The notes under the pieces are model-generated. The model was not told the DNA's origin. It worked only from the letters and a program-made list of their open reading frames with translations, and made no database searches. This document shows positions 13,206 through 25,095 of a stretch of 64,000 nucleotides of DNA, piece by piece. The DNA comes from Microthyrium microscopicum. Its lineage: Eukaryota. The DNA is taken from contig MU004235.1 of NCBI GenBank assembly GCA_010405405.1, forward strand, positions 1,933,539 to 1,997,538, read 5' to 3'. Positions within the stretch are counted from its first letter, which is position 1; each line of letters starts with the position of its first letter. The translations under genes were made by a program, and so were the position numbers.

Positions 13206-13994
13206 TCTTGCGAAAGAAAAGAACTTGTGCGTTGAATGCAAGTGAGGGAAAAGAAATATATAAGCTGGAGGGTTTAAATAGGGTCAACACGAATTGAGAT
13301 ATAGGCATGCGGTGAGGTCGGTGACGATATAGAATGATCTTAGCTTTAAGTAAAATAACACATAAGAACAGGAAAGTATAGTCAGGAGCAAGTTTCCCGT
13401 TACCCCCGTCGCCCGCTATGGTAGGCAGGTACGGAATAGGCGGTGTGATATCAAGAAGGAGAACTTATGCACTACGATTGCAAGTTGTACGGTATATGAA
13501 GAATTGTTTCAATTATCTTAGCCGGAGGCAGTAGCTCAAAGACTGCAGTTTTGTGCCCACGATTAGAGTATCTTGTTTGAGCTTTGCTGAGTTCAGCAAG
13601 CTGCCTCAGGTTCAGTGGCGCTGGATCCACGAAAAGCGTTCATCGGGCAAGGTGACTGACTTCGCCAATAGCTTTTCGATGAATGCTTCGGCCTCAACAT
13701 AGGTCAAGTCAACAAATTCAGGCTCTCCAATCCACAGAACTGCTTCTACTCCCATCTTGACAATTTTGTCGTATTCCCAGTCGACTAAGAAAACATAGTC
13801 GTTATGAGTATCGCGATATGCTTTGCGTACCTAGAACGAGTCAGTGAGCCGTCGCAAGGTTTCTCTAGCCGTATTCAAATCATGCGCTAGCAATTTTTGC
13901 TTTTCTTCAGTAGTGCAAAGCCATAATCCTGGAGGCCATGATGAAATAAGACCACACACCGCTGACGCAGGCACATGTCTTAGCAACCATGACA

Positions 13995-14879
13995 TTAAGG
14001 TTTTTTAGCACTAAAGATCATGGAGAGTTGGACACTTACCGCTTCTCGCTTCGCGAAGTTAGCCTCGGTCTCGGGCGTGATCACAAGCTTCGCACCATTC
14101 TCGAATAACGACTCCAGTGGAGCCAAATTCCAATCCAGCGCGTCTGGCATGTTTCCGGCTACGGATACTCCTTGGTACGGTTTGAGGCTTGGATGCTGTG
14201 GAGTAGGTCTGAAACACAACTCCTGTCGGATGCGAAGAGCCATCCATGACGGATCTTGGAACGTAACATGAGAAAACATTACTGTCTTCAGTCGATTTGG
14301 TCCCTGCTCCAAGCCGAGCTGAACCGGCAGGGTTGGCGATTTGTCCCATGGCCAATGTATGCCTCCGGAGCAGCCGTGTTCTTCTGCGCTGATGTCAAGC
14401 TGCAGATTCACAATACGAAGAATTGCACCAGGAAGCTGACTGTTACGGTCGTAGCTAACGCCGAGGAACCAAAGGCCGCTAGCGTCAAGCTTGATATGAA
14501 AGATCGCAGTCTCGTAGAATAGGGATATAGCTTCGCTATAAACCTGTCGGCTGAGGAGTAGTAGAGCGACTGGACCACTTGCCTGGTTGTCGGCTTCGAG
14601 GCAGCAGACTTGTTTGCCATGAACGGGTTTGGCGCAGACAACGGTATTCGGAAGGATGAGTTTGTAGATTTCAACACGAATTTCCGCAGGAAGACGCATG
14701 AAAGGGACGGGCTTTTTGTTCTGGCGATTAATATCAGCTTCTGACAATCCATGGCTGTCTGGATTCTGGGAAATACTTACTGGGACGACAAGAGCGACTT
14801 GAGTCTGCTCGCTTGGCAGTTCGCAGACAGGCTTGTCATCAGCGAGCGATAGATTGTCCATGGATGACAGAGCGTCCAT
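13995..14879 (-). CDS. F-box-like (2EXR/DUF7730-like N-terminal motif) protein, array copy 3; further 3' exons likely toward about 13620
   Basis: PVPFMRLPAEIRVEIYKLILP ... ALLLLSRQVYSEAISLFYETAIFHI; in-frame intron before the motif; GTAAGT donor near 14039. Confidence 0.75.
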   Translation of the reverse strand: MDALSSMDNLSLADDKPVCELPSEQTQVALVVPVSISQNPDSHGLSEADINRQNKKPVPFMRLPAEIRVEIYKLILPNTVVCAKPVHGKQVCCLEADNQASGPVALLLLSRQVYSEAISLFYETAIFHIKLDASGLWFLGVSYDRNSQLPGAILRIVNLQLDISAEEHGCSGGIHWPWDKSPTLPVQLGLEQGPNRLKTVMFSHVTFQDPSWMALRIRQELCFRPTPQHPSLKPYQGVSVAGNMPDALDWNLAPLESLFENGAKLVITPETEANFAKREAVSVQLSMIFSAKKP

Positions 14880-15634
14880 GTTGGCGATTGAAGTGAGAGA
14901 TGTGTGTAGAAAGCAAGTGAGTGAAAAGAAATATATAAGCTGGAGGGTTTAAATAGTGATGAGCAGCCAGCAAAAGTCCCAGATCGAGGCTAGCGCAGGA
15001 CAAAATTTGCCAAATCGGTGACCAATGTCCCAAAACGAAGCACGATCTGCACAAGTTACCGGTTGACGACATGTTTAAAGGTGGAAGACGGCTTAGCGGC
15101 GGTTTAGAGAGCAAGAGCGTAAAGACGCTACGCTCATTTCAGAACGAAGGTCTTTTGATTGGAATGGTTATGTGAAGGAGGTGGAATACGCTATACCGAT
15201 CACAGAATATCGCTCATGTTGAGGTAGAATGTGGCAAAGTTATGGCAAGTGCGACATTAAATGTGTAAATCACCGCTGGGTACACCTTCCCAAGATCGCG
15301 GGAAAAGGGTGAAGGTGATGGAAAAGAGGAATGGAGCCATATACCATGTCACGGTTGACTGGCAGGTATTTGAGGACTTAATAGACAACTACCTAGGTAT
15401 TTTATGTTTGCTGGCGACTCAGGATGATGGGATCACGCATCGCTTATTTCAAATCAGTTTTTGTCATTTGCAGTGGATTTAAAAAAGCAGTGGAGTCCCA
15501 AGAACATAGAGACCGACAACTGCTTGCATGACCGCAGCCTGACTACTTCTAGGAAGGGGGTTTGACAAACATGGATTATACGAAAGCATCCATTAATGAA
15601 ACGATGGTAAACACCAATTCCACGCCTGCGACGT

Positions 15635-16598
15635 TCAAGCTTTCTCTTTCGGTATCATTGAACGTATCGCTTCTCTCGCCATCTCCACGACCTTATCATG
15701 AACCTTCTCCGCCTCGTGGAAGCGACCACAATCCTCTATATAATTGAGCCAGTCCAATTCGCCATGTCTTCGTTTGCTAAGCTCGACTGCGCTTGCGGCC
15801 TCAAACACTACTTTGGCACCCCGGCTTACAAGCGGCCAGAAAGATTTGAGATTCCAATCAATCACCCGCTGGAAGATCGCCGTGGCCTCCAAGTCTAGCT
15901 CTTGACGTCCCATTTGTTCTTTGATAAGCCTCACCAGTGTCATGCTCGCATCCAGTTCAATGTGCTTAATCACCACGGTCCTCAGTTGATTTGGATGATG
16001 AGCGAGACTTCGCACAACCGGGTGGGTGCTGGAGTTGGTCTCTGCTGTAGGATTTGTTCCAGAGTTTGGACAGAAAAGGGCGTCTGGGACGGAGAGCGTA
16101 AGGTGTACGTGTATTTTGGTCAGCCAACGAAATGGCTCCAAATTGTTGTTGTCGTGAACCAGTCCCATTTGGTATATGCTGCCGGCAAATTTCAACTGAT
16201 CAACCGCGTACTCCATCGCGAAAACAGTAGTTCCGTAGAAGAATTCCATAAACTCCTCGCGTAGACTTGGCGGTTGGTGCATAGTAAAGAGGGAGCGCAG
16301 GATTTTTCATCGACGCGATATGAGCCTTTGGGTCGATAACATATGGAAAAGGTGTTGTAGGGGATCAACGGGCAATCTGGAACGATATATTTGTAGATTC
16401 CCCAGCGCATCTCCAAAGGTAGACGCAGGAATGCCGGGGCCTTTGCCGTCTGCGAGCAACAGTTAGAATACGCAAGTCAGTCAATTCCTCGATTGGTGCA
16501 AAACTCACCTCTGATAAATCTTGAACCTGAGCCAATTGCGGAACGTTCTGGTTGACGGGCGGACCAGTCAATTGTGTAGTCGAATTACTGGACGCCAT
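15635..16598 (-). pseudogene. F-box-like array copy 4 (single frameshift)
   Basis: Exon 1 MASSNSTT..., intron, then APAFLRLPLEMRWGIYKYIVPD...APSLLCTNRQVY, a 1-nt frameshift near 16260, then EEFMEFFYGTTVFAM and an open frame to 15635. Confidence 0.7.
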
Positions 16599-17446
16599 TG
16601 CGCCAACCGAAAAGAATCTTTTGAGGATATATAACATGGTCGTTGGTGGATTCGAGTCCAGAGATTCGGTGAGATTAAGGGTCTAAAGTTTAAAGCCCAA
16701 GTAGAAGCTCAGCGGCGTCGAAAGGCTTTGCAAGTGAAATCACGAGAGTCACTGCGTCACCATGCGAAGACAGGTGTTTGGAGGTGGTGCTAGCAAGCTT
16801 CTTGCTTATATGCGATTGGCAAGGACGACCAGTTGCTCTTAGTCATCGAGAGAACCGGGTCTCCGACATTCATCGAAAGAACATCTCCCATTTTTTGGCC
16901 TGCTTGGGGAAATAGTTGGACAGTTCGAAGTTGCATTAACGCAATCTGGATATTGGAAAGGACGGAACTGGTCAGCCACTATATTTGCCGTTCTTATTTT
17001 GATACCGGTACTACAGTTAGTCGAAGCAATTGGGCTTTTGTAGCAATTGGCATGTACATCACACGACCAAATAATCGGAAAAGATATTTAAAACAATTTG
17101 ATTTTTGCAAATACTTTTTGTCAAGTGTACAGTACTGACTATCTTGGACCCCGAAATAACCTTTGGCTATGCGGTTTATCTTGTTTGTATGTCTTTCGAA
17201 TGATATGCAAGACATGAGGGTGACAAAGGCAGGAATAGATGTATTGAGACCGATTGAGTGTCGTAAACAAATGATTCCCTTCCGTGTATTGCCAATATCC
17301 TCACAGGCTCCCGTGATGTTGTTCAAGATACCAAGGCTTCCCTGGTGAGATGGCAAAAATAGGTACAAAAAATCCATGAAAGCGGACAAGTCGTTTGGAC
17401 AGTCATGTAATCATCTGTGCCACTTGAGATCCAATCTTTGACAACT

Positions 17447-18421
17447 TCAATTCTTCACATTCAGGTTCCCCGCCACCTCCTCTACAATCTCGGCGACCTT
17501 AACCCATGCCCATCCGTGAGTTGACCAGTAACGCGACATGCGAAATTCGGGCGTTCCGAAATCGTGCTTCTCTGGGACGAAGTTCATCTCTGCGCTTGGA
17601 AACCCTCGGACGTGGAAGAGACGCAAAGTTGGCTTGAGCAGACGCTTGACTTGTCTTCGAGCTCGTGCATCTCTGCCATGTCTAACTTCGTTACGGAGCG
17701 CCTCCATCATCGCGCAATCGAAGCCAATGGTGGAGATATCCAAGGTTTGCAACTTATTTGGAGCCCCTACGAAGCTTCGCCAGACGGTTTTGCCCAGGGG
17801 GAAGCCTTTGTGTACGTTGAGATTGCCGCCGTCAACGTATATGGCCACTTTGAGGTGGGCGATACGTCCTACAGGGTCAGGCGGCAAAGGTTGTTTTGGA
17901 TCATAACGCTGACCAAGAAGATATGCAGTGCCAAGGCCACCTATCTCAACGTTCATATGGAACGTGGCTTTGGAATACCACATTTCCATGAGCTCGATAT
18001 GTATTTGGTGGTTGACTCGCAGCATAGCCGGAGTGCAGGGCTCTTCATCACGACGAAGAAATGGTGGGTCGCCTTGAGGCCACTTATGGTGACCGCACTC
18101 GCGCGGCTTTAGCTGATGAAAAGCTGCGGGGACTTCTGCATCCGGGATCAGATAGCTGTAGATTTCGAATCGCAGCTCGAGTGGAATGTGCATGAATGGC
18201 GAAAAGCCATCGCTAGGCGGCACATCGGGCGAACCAGTGTTCAGGGCGGAAAGGGTTGTCTCTTGGTTGGGACCAGATTGCTGAGAAAGTTCTCGGACCT
18301 GAATGGGTTTTAGTAGGGGGTTTGTAGTCCTGTATTTGGTTCAAAAAAATCGGAAGCTTGCCCCACTTACAGTGTCAACGTGCAATGGCGCACGCAGAGC
18401 TGAGAACTGTACGTTTCCCAT
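17447..18421 (-). CDS. F-box-like protein, array copy 5
   Basis: Exon 1 MGNVQFSALRAPLHVDT, intron about 18299-18370, then SPFMHIPLELRFEIYSYLIPD...DEEPCTPAMLRVNHQIHIELMEMWYSKATF. Confidence 0.75.
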
Positions 18422-18755
18422 GATTCTCCTATGGAGCCTGACTGTGAAGTTTGAGATGTCAACGATAGTTGAGGGGAAGAAGAAAGTTATGGAGTCGTCA
18501 GTGGCTGAGGCTTTATAGAGGAGGCCCAATCTTAAGTGAGGTTTGGACAACGCTAACTCAAAAGTTCAGTTGATGCTTTCCTGAATCGTGACCATTGAGG
18601 GAATGCGCTACCGTTCTGGGCGAGTATACTCCATGACTCAGTTTTTGAGGTCTTTCCTAATATGATGATGTCGAGCGACGAGATTGCTTAATTCCGGAGG
18701 ATGAGTCTGGCGGTGTAGAGTGTTAGAGTAGTGCTAATTTTTTGACTTTTGATAA

Positions 18756-19586
18756 TTATTTGCCCGATAAATCGTCTTCCTCGTCCGTGATCATTGATCG
18801 CGGTTGTGATACAATCGTTTTCAGCTCCTCTAAACTCTTGATCATTTTGCGTTTCATTTTCTCAGCCGTTGTAAAAACAACATCTTTAGAGTGGCCCGAT
18901 CGATCGACGATGTATCGCAAGTTCTTCCGAGTGTTGAACGGCAGAACATAGGAGAACCGGAGCTGTACACCTCGAAGCTGCCGCCAAGGATCAAAGTTGT
19001 ATTTGACAACGGTATCAAAAAGCCTCGGGCCCTCGAGGTATGCTTCCAGTAATTTGGTGTACATGACCTCAGGTCCCATAAAGTGGATGCTTGTAAATGA
19101 AACATCACACAAGCTATTACTTCCACTTGCAAGAGCATCAAAAAGAACAGTTGGGCAAGCATACTGCTGCCAGTCGCGCAAGTTACCGCCGTACCAGTAA
19201 AGACGATTGAATACCATGAGACGGCGCACGTGTCGAAAGGTAGAAGGCAGTATTTTTGGCTCACCCAAGCCGCCGTATTTCTTTCCAAGAAATTCGATGG
19301 ATGGTCCGGTAATTTCGATGTCAAATGGCAATACAGCGTAGAAAAGACTGATGGCTTCATAGTAAATTTGACGGCAGACACGAAGAATCGCTGGGCAGCA
19401 AGGCTCCTTGTCAAGTCGAAAAAACGAGTCGGGCGGCAGGCGGGTATATTCGTGGTATAAGAACATATTCATGGATGGGTCTGGAACAAGCTGCTGATAG
19501 ATTTGGAGTCTTATCTCAACAGGAAGTCTTAGAAAGGATGAATCCGATGCCATTGGCGTTTTTGGGGCACTGCGAACGTGGGCCAT
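18756..19586 (-). CDS. F-box-like protein, array copy 6
   Basis: SSFLRLPVEIRLQIYQQLVPD...DKEPCCPAILRVCRQIYYEAISLFYAVLPFDI; intact ORF. Confidence 0.8.
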   Translation of the reverse strand: MAHVRSAPKTPMASDSSFLRLPVEIRLQIYQQLVPDPSMNMFLYHEYTRLPPDSFFRLDKEPCCPAILRVCRQIYYEAISLFYAVLPFDIEITGPSIEFLGKKYGGLGEPKILPSTFRHVRRLMVFNRLYWYGGNLRDWQQYACPTVLFDALASGSNSLCDVSFTSIHFMGPEVMYTKLLEAYLEGPRLFDTVVKYNFDPWRQLRGVQLRFSYVLPFNTRKNLRYIVDRSGHSKDVVFTTAEKMKRKMIKSLEELKTIVSQPRSMITDEEDDLSGK

Positions 19587-20066
19587 TTTCCTGGTGTATA
19601 CAGGCTGTTCATTCTTTATATGGCGCAAAGTGGTTTTATCATACTTTTTGATGGTAGAATCCTACATAGTGCGTAATGCCGAAAACAATGAAGTGCTCAA
19701 CAAAAGACGGGATGAAGTTAAGACGAGATCCCATTATAGTAAGAGGCAGATGCTGACTAAGAAGGAGTTCGAGGCAAGAGAAAGCACGAGTCTCAAAGTG
19801 GTTAGTGACAGGACGCAGCCGAAAGCTTTGACTTCAAATGATGGCTGCAGAAACGGGAAAATGGAATTTCAGAAAGAGAGACAACAACTTTCCACCAACA
19901 CCATCGTCAATCCTCTCTTTTCCCCCATTTCTCATCAACACCCTTCAACTACCTCCAATCCTCGCCCTTTATTATTCACATAACTTAAGTGATCTCTTCT
20001 GGCGAGCAACCCCCTGCGCGACCTTACGCCAACGCGCTCCTCCATCCAGCTCAGATCCAGCTCGAT

Positions 20067-22403
20067 ATGGCTGACCTTAATGGCCTGCACGACGATGAGT
20101 ACTTCTCGCTGAAGGAGCTAAACACCGCGGTGGTAGGTTTCGCACCTGCTCTTGATTTAGATCTACGCTAACTGATTCCAGCTTGAAGACATAGACAATT
20201 TCGAAGTTTGGGAGAAGCTCGTTCGTGCCACCGAGACTCTTGACGGAGGTCTAAACCGTAACTCGAGCCCCAATACCATCCATGCCACACGCGAAATATA
20301 CAACCGCTTCCTTGCCAAGTTTCCTTTGTTCTTTGGCTACTGGAAAAAATATGCCGACCTCGAGTTTTCCATCGCCGGTACTGAATCAGCCGACTTGGTA
20401 TGGCTCCCTCACATTGTGTTTGACTTGTGTCGTGCTAATACTCGACTTAGATCTACGAACGCGGCGTTGCCAGTATTTCAAATTCGGTTGATCTTTGGCA
20501 AAACTACTGCAACTTCAAAGTAGAAACATGTCACGACGTCAACGTGATTCGAGAGTGAGTATTACCCGCTAGCATTCCCTTAACCATCAAGCAAAGCATG
20601 CAATACACGCTGCACAAGAGGTTTCCAAATCGAGACGCGATTTACTCCACTTTCGGCTCTATAGCCTACTGGTATATCCCCTCCAACCTGGAGCCTTATT
20701 TTGCTTCTCACTCTTGCGCTCAGACCGTCTGCAAATGATGAATTACACATTCCATCCGCTCCTCGAGACACTATCACATACTGCCTCCATCTTTTTACAT
20801 CCATCGTCCTAGCCCCGTGATTCATGGCATGAACTAGGTTTCTCCTGTTCAGAATAGCATACACTGTTCGACCCCTCTTCCTGCTCCCCTCTCCCTATCT
20901 TTGTTTTCCTGGCTAACAATTCCCCTCTAGGCTTTTCGAACGGGGTGCGCTATGTGTTGGCCTAGACTTCTTGTCTCATCCATTCTGGGACAAATACATC
21001 GAGTTTGAAGAGCGTCAAGAGGAAACCGCGACGACCAATGTCTTTCGAATCCTCAATCGCGTGATTCATATTCCAATGCATCAATACGCCCGCTACTTTG
21101 AGCGATTCCGCCAAATGTCCCCTTTCCAGCCAATATCAGAGCTCTTCGAGTCCGAAATTATAGATCAATTTCGAGGCGATGTTGAAACCGAACTTGGCAC
21201 CGATTCTTCCAATCCAGAAGTGGATCGTACCATGCGAACCCGCCTTGACAATCTACATCTGGAAATTTTCCACCGGACTCAAACCGAAACCACCAAGCGC
21301 TGGACCTACGAGCAGGAAATCAAAAGACCATACTTCCACGTCGAAGAGCTGGACGAGGCCCAACTTGTCAACTGGCGTAAATACCTCGATTTCGAAGAAG
21401 TTGAAGGTGTCTTTCAGCGAACCTCTTTTCTCTACGAACGCTGTGTTGTGGCTTGTGCCTATTACGAGGAATTCTGGCTTCGCTACGCTCGATGGATGTA
21501 TGCCCAGCCAGACCGCGAAGAGGAAGTGCGCAATATCTATATTCGCGCAAGCTGCATCTATTGTCCCATCTCTCGGGTCTCTATTCGCCTAACGTGGGCT
21601 ATGTTCGAGGAAATGACAGGCCGAGTGTCGGTTGCTAATGGCATTCACGAGGCCATGTTAGAAGCGGTTCCAGGCCACTTGGAGACCATTGTGTCACGAG
21701 CCCATCTTCATCGTCGCCAAGGTGGACTCGACGACGCCATCAAAATTTTCAAAGAAGTTCTGGACGATCCTCAGTGCAGTATCACTACGAAGGGCCGAGT
21801 GGTTGCTGAGTGGGCACGTCTTTTGTGGAAATACAAAGGCAAGCCTGACGAGGCGCGTCAAGTGTTCAGCAAGAACGCCCATTGGTACATGGGCGTGGGT
21901 GGATTCTGGATCTCCTACTTCAAGTTCGAGCTGGCTCAACAGCCCGACCCAAAGCAGTCAGACTCGCAATACAAACGTCTCCGTCAAATAGTTGACGATG
22001 TCCGCAAGAAGGGTCAATTGCCACCGAGCATTGTCAAGGATATCACACACACTTACATGGAATACCTCATTGAAGAAGGCCCATCCTCCATCGCGAAGGA
22101 ATATATGGAACTCGACTGCGAAGTCAATGGGTAAGTCTTAGCAAACAAGCGTGATGCTGGACTCACTAACCCTTCCCCAGCCCCTTTTCCATCAACATTA
22201 CCCACAAAGCCAAGCTAGCTACTGACGGTAAACCAGAGACAACACACCGCCGGATGGTGCTGGAGAACGGTCACCCAGGAGTGGAAGTAAATGAAGCGCA
22301 ACTACGAAAAGGCGAATCGCCATACACAAAATACTACCTACAACAGGGCGAACAGGGTCCAACCGGATCGAATGGGCAATCAGCGGCGATGCGGTTCTCT
22401 TAG
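20067..22403 (+). CDS. PRP39: Pre-mRNA-processing factor 39 (U1 snRNP HAT-repeat protein), 5 exons
   Basis: RFLAKFPLFFGYWKKYADLEF, VGLDFLSHPFWDKYIEFEER, IHIPMHQYARYFERF, RWTYEQEIKRPYFHV, NWRKYLDFEE; introns 20133-20181, 20398-20450, 20555-20930, 22131-22180. Confidence 0.95.
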
Positions 22404-23534
22404 AAAGATGAGCCAAAATCCTCTGAGTCTCCTGAACCTCGAGCCCCTCCCAAGAAACGCGTTGTTATTCCACCCTTTCGCCGACAAAAAGACGTCTGGA
22501 ATCACGAAATCTCTCGTTCGGGCCATTCATCGCCCTTCTATCAACACGATTCGCTCTCTGAAAAAGAGGATTCGTACATCAAAAAGGAGTACTGAAGCAT
22601 ATGAGCAGAGATGTGCGAATTCAACACGTCAGTTTTCGCACTTCTAAGGTGCATGCAAGCCGAGTTTTTCTGTATGTGCTGGTAAAAGTCAGGTTAGATT
22701 CTTCACCATAACCACTGTTCAGTGTTAAAATGTATGTAGTAGCCGTTGAAATGAGAATCATTATTCCATTATTGACTGCCCAATGGCTTGAATGAATACG
22801 TAGCCGGCTCCCATCAAGTGCGATGGCTGCCATTGCCCCTTCACAATAAAAGATGCTTTATCTACCATCGCACTCGATAATTGCCATCAGATCACCTCGA
22901 AACATCCGGGAGGCCTACCCAAGCTTCGTATTTTGCCGTTTCATGAGTTTGGTGGATTTTTCCAGCACATTCGCTGGCTCCCATCGCCGTCGATGGCCAC
23001 CACCACCTCTTCTAAGAGAAGAAGCTGTCATCTCCCATCGAATGATTAGTGAATATCAAGCATTGATAATCGCTCCGTTCAACATACATGAAGCTAATTA
23101 AGGAGATAAAATAGCGATAGTTCACATCAAGACAATCTTCCCACTCATCAACTGGAGAGAGAAAACTTGGTTTGTATTGAAAATAGGCACTTTTTAGAAC
23201 CATGGAACGGAGCAGTTACCAGTCATACCTTTAGCTCACTCTTGGAGTTACAGTGCAACTTCGTATTCTACGAACCGTACCTGACTTGACTTGGTTATGT
23301 GAATTTCCAGGCACATAAAGCACTTGCTGCATGACTGTAGCCTACTGAGAATTTGCAACTTCCCATCTCCACACCCAGCTTCCAGTTCATCAACATCGCA
23401 TGCGACAAATCCAAATCTCAATTCATCAAACTCCCATCAAATTGACTCAACACTACGAAGTCAAGTCGACAATCTTTACGAATCAACGAACATCATCAGC
23501 CAGACCAAATTATTCGCCACCATCATACCTCATC

Positions 23535-24503
23535 ATGTCCATGTTCAATCCCCAACTTCAAATCATCTCCGACCTTCATCTCGAAACTCCTTTAGCCATC
23601 CCGAGCTACTCAAAATTCCGACTCCAACTACATTCAAACATTCTCTGTCTCTTGGGCGATATTGGCCTCGTAAAAGATGCCGGTCTATTCACTTTTCTGG
23701 AAAACCTCCTCAGCTCAACCTCAAATCTAAGAATATTCTACGTCCTAGGCAATCATGAAGCCTACCAAATGACTCTACAAAAGGCATGTCAAACCTTGGA
23801 ACAGTTTGAACAGCGTATGCGTACGCGCTATGGCCATCGTTTCCATTTTCTCAATGGGACGAGATATGATCTCACTCCCGAAATCACAATTCTTGGATGC
23901 ACTCTTTGGACACATATTCCCAAGCAAGCAGCCTCAGAAGCGCAAAATCGGCTCACCGATTTCAATGACCGGGGCATCAAAGACAGAGACGTAAACGAGC
24001 ACAATTCAGACCATGAAAAGGATCTTTCGTGGCTCAATTCGCAAGTCCAGCAAATCGAAGAAGCCGAACCACATAGACGTATCATCATTTTGACACATCA
24101 TAGCCCAACAACAGATCCAAGAGCCAACGACCCAAGGCACAATGACAGACCGGAAAACTCGATTCAGAGTGGATTCGTCACAGACCTGTCCAAAGAGCAC
24201 TGCTGGATCTCTCCTGCTGTAAAAGCGTGGGCCTTTGGCCATACCCATTACAGTTGCCTATTTCGGGACGAGCAAACAGACAAACTCGTCGTCGCCAACC
24301 AGAAAGGGTATTCTAGCATCGACAGAACAGTCGTCTGCCCTTCCCTTATTGTCGAAGCAGCACCAGATAGAGTAATCTCCATTGCCATCAACGACAAGAT
24401 GTCACGGCAAACTAAACCTACCATCAAGAAACCTCAAGAGCACCTGCCTGCCCGCCAGTCGAGGTGGCAAAGTCTTGCTCAAGTCTTCAGAAAAAAGAAC
24501 TGA
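23535..24503 (+). CDS. Calcineurin-like metallophosphoesterase
   Basis: Motifs IISDLHLE, LLGDIG, VLGNHE, ILTHHSP, WAFGHTH. Confidence 0.92.
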   Translation: MSMFNPQLQIISDLHLETPLAIPSYSKFRLQLHSNILCLLGDIGLVKDAGLFTFLENLLSSTSNLRIFYVLGNHEAYQMTLQKACQTLEQFEQRMRTRYGHRFHFLNGTRYDLTPEITILGCTLWTHIPKQAASEAQNRLTDFNDRGIKDRDVNEHNSDHEKDLSWLNSQVQQIEEAEPHRRIIILTHHSPTTDPRANDPRHNDRPENSIQSGFVTDLSKEHCWISPAVKAWAFGHTHYSCLFRDEQTDKLVVANQKGYSSIDRTVVCPSLIVEAAPDRVISIAINDKMSRQTKPTIKKPQEHLPARQSRWQSLAQVFRKKN

Positions 24504-24613
24504 ATTCAAACATTATATACCCATGTAAACTTTATGACCGTTAGCAATGTCAAATAATCAACTGTTCTCCCATCAACTCTGCTGGCTGCCACCAATGCTC
24601 TTAAACAAAAGGT

Positions 24614-24885
24614 GCTATGTTTCCCAGTGTACTCGATAAATTATTCGACTCAGAGCATCCTTGGTGGCAAACAAAGTACTCGATATAATAGCGTAGCGTT
24701 TGAGATTTGGCTGCAACCGCGCTGATGGATAAAAGATCCTATATTCCCCATCGTACTCGATAAATCATTCGACTTGAAACATCCTTGATGGCAAACAAAA
24801 CACTCCACATAAGAGCGTAGCGTTTAGGATTTGGCTGCCAACGCCGCTGATGGATAAACGATGCTATATTTCCCATCATACTCGA
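24614..24885. repeat. Imperfect tandem duplication, unit about 124 bp, about 2.2 copies
   Basis: Repeated ...GTACTCGATAAAT(T/C)ATTCGACT...CATCCTTG(G/A)TGGCAAACAAA...AGCGTAGCGTTT...GATTTGGCTGC...GCTGATGGATAAA. Confidence 0.85.
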
Positions 24886-25095
24886 TGTCTGCCACGAACA
24901 AATGTTGCACTATGTTGTTCTGCCGAAGAAACCTTGATTCTGTTCTGGTCCTCAAGCAATGTTTGACTTTGCTAGTACTAGTAGATCAGTTTAATTTACA
25001 GAACGGAAATATGGCCAATTCCGAGATACAGCTTCGCAAATTGTTGGTACTTCTCAACTGATGTTAGTCTCCAAGAATTGACTGCACGGTTTACT

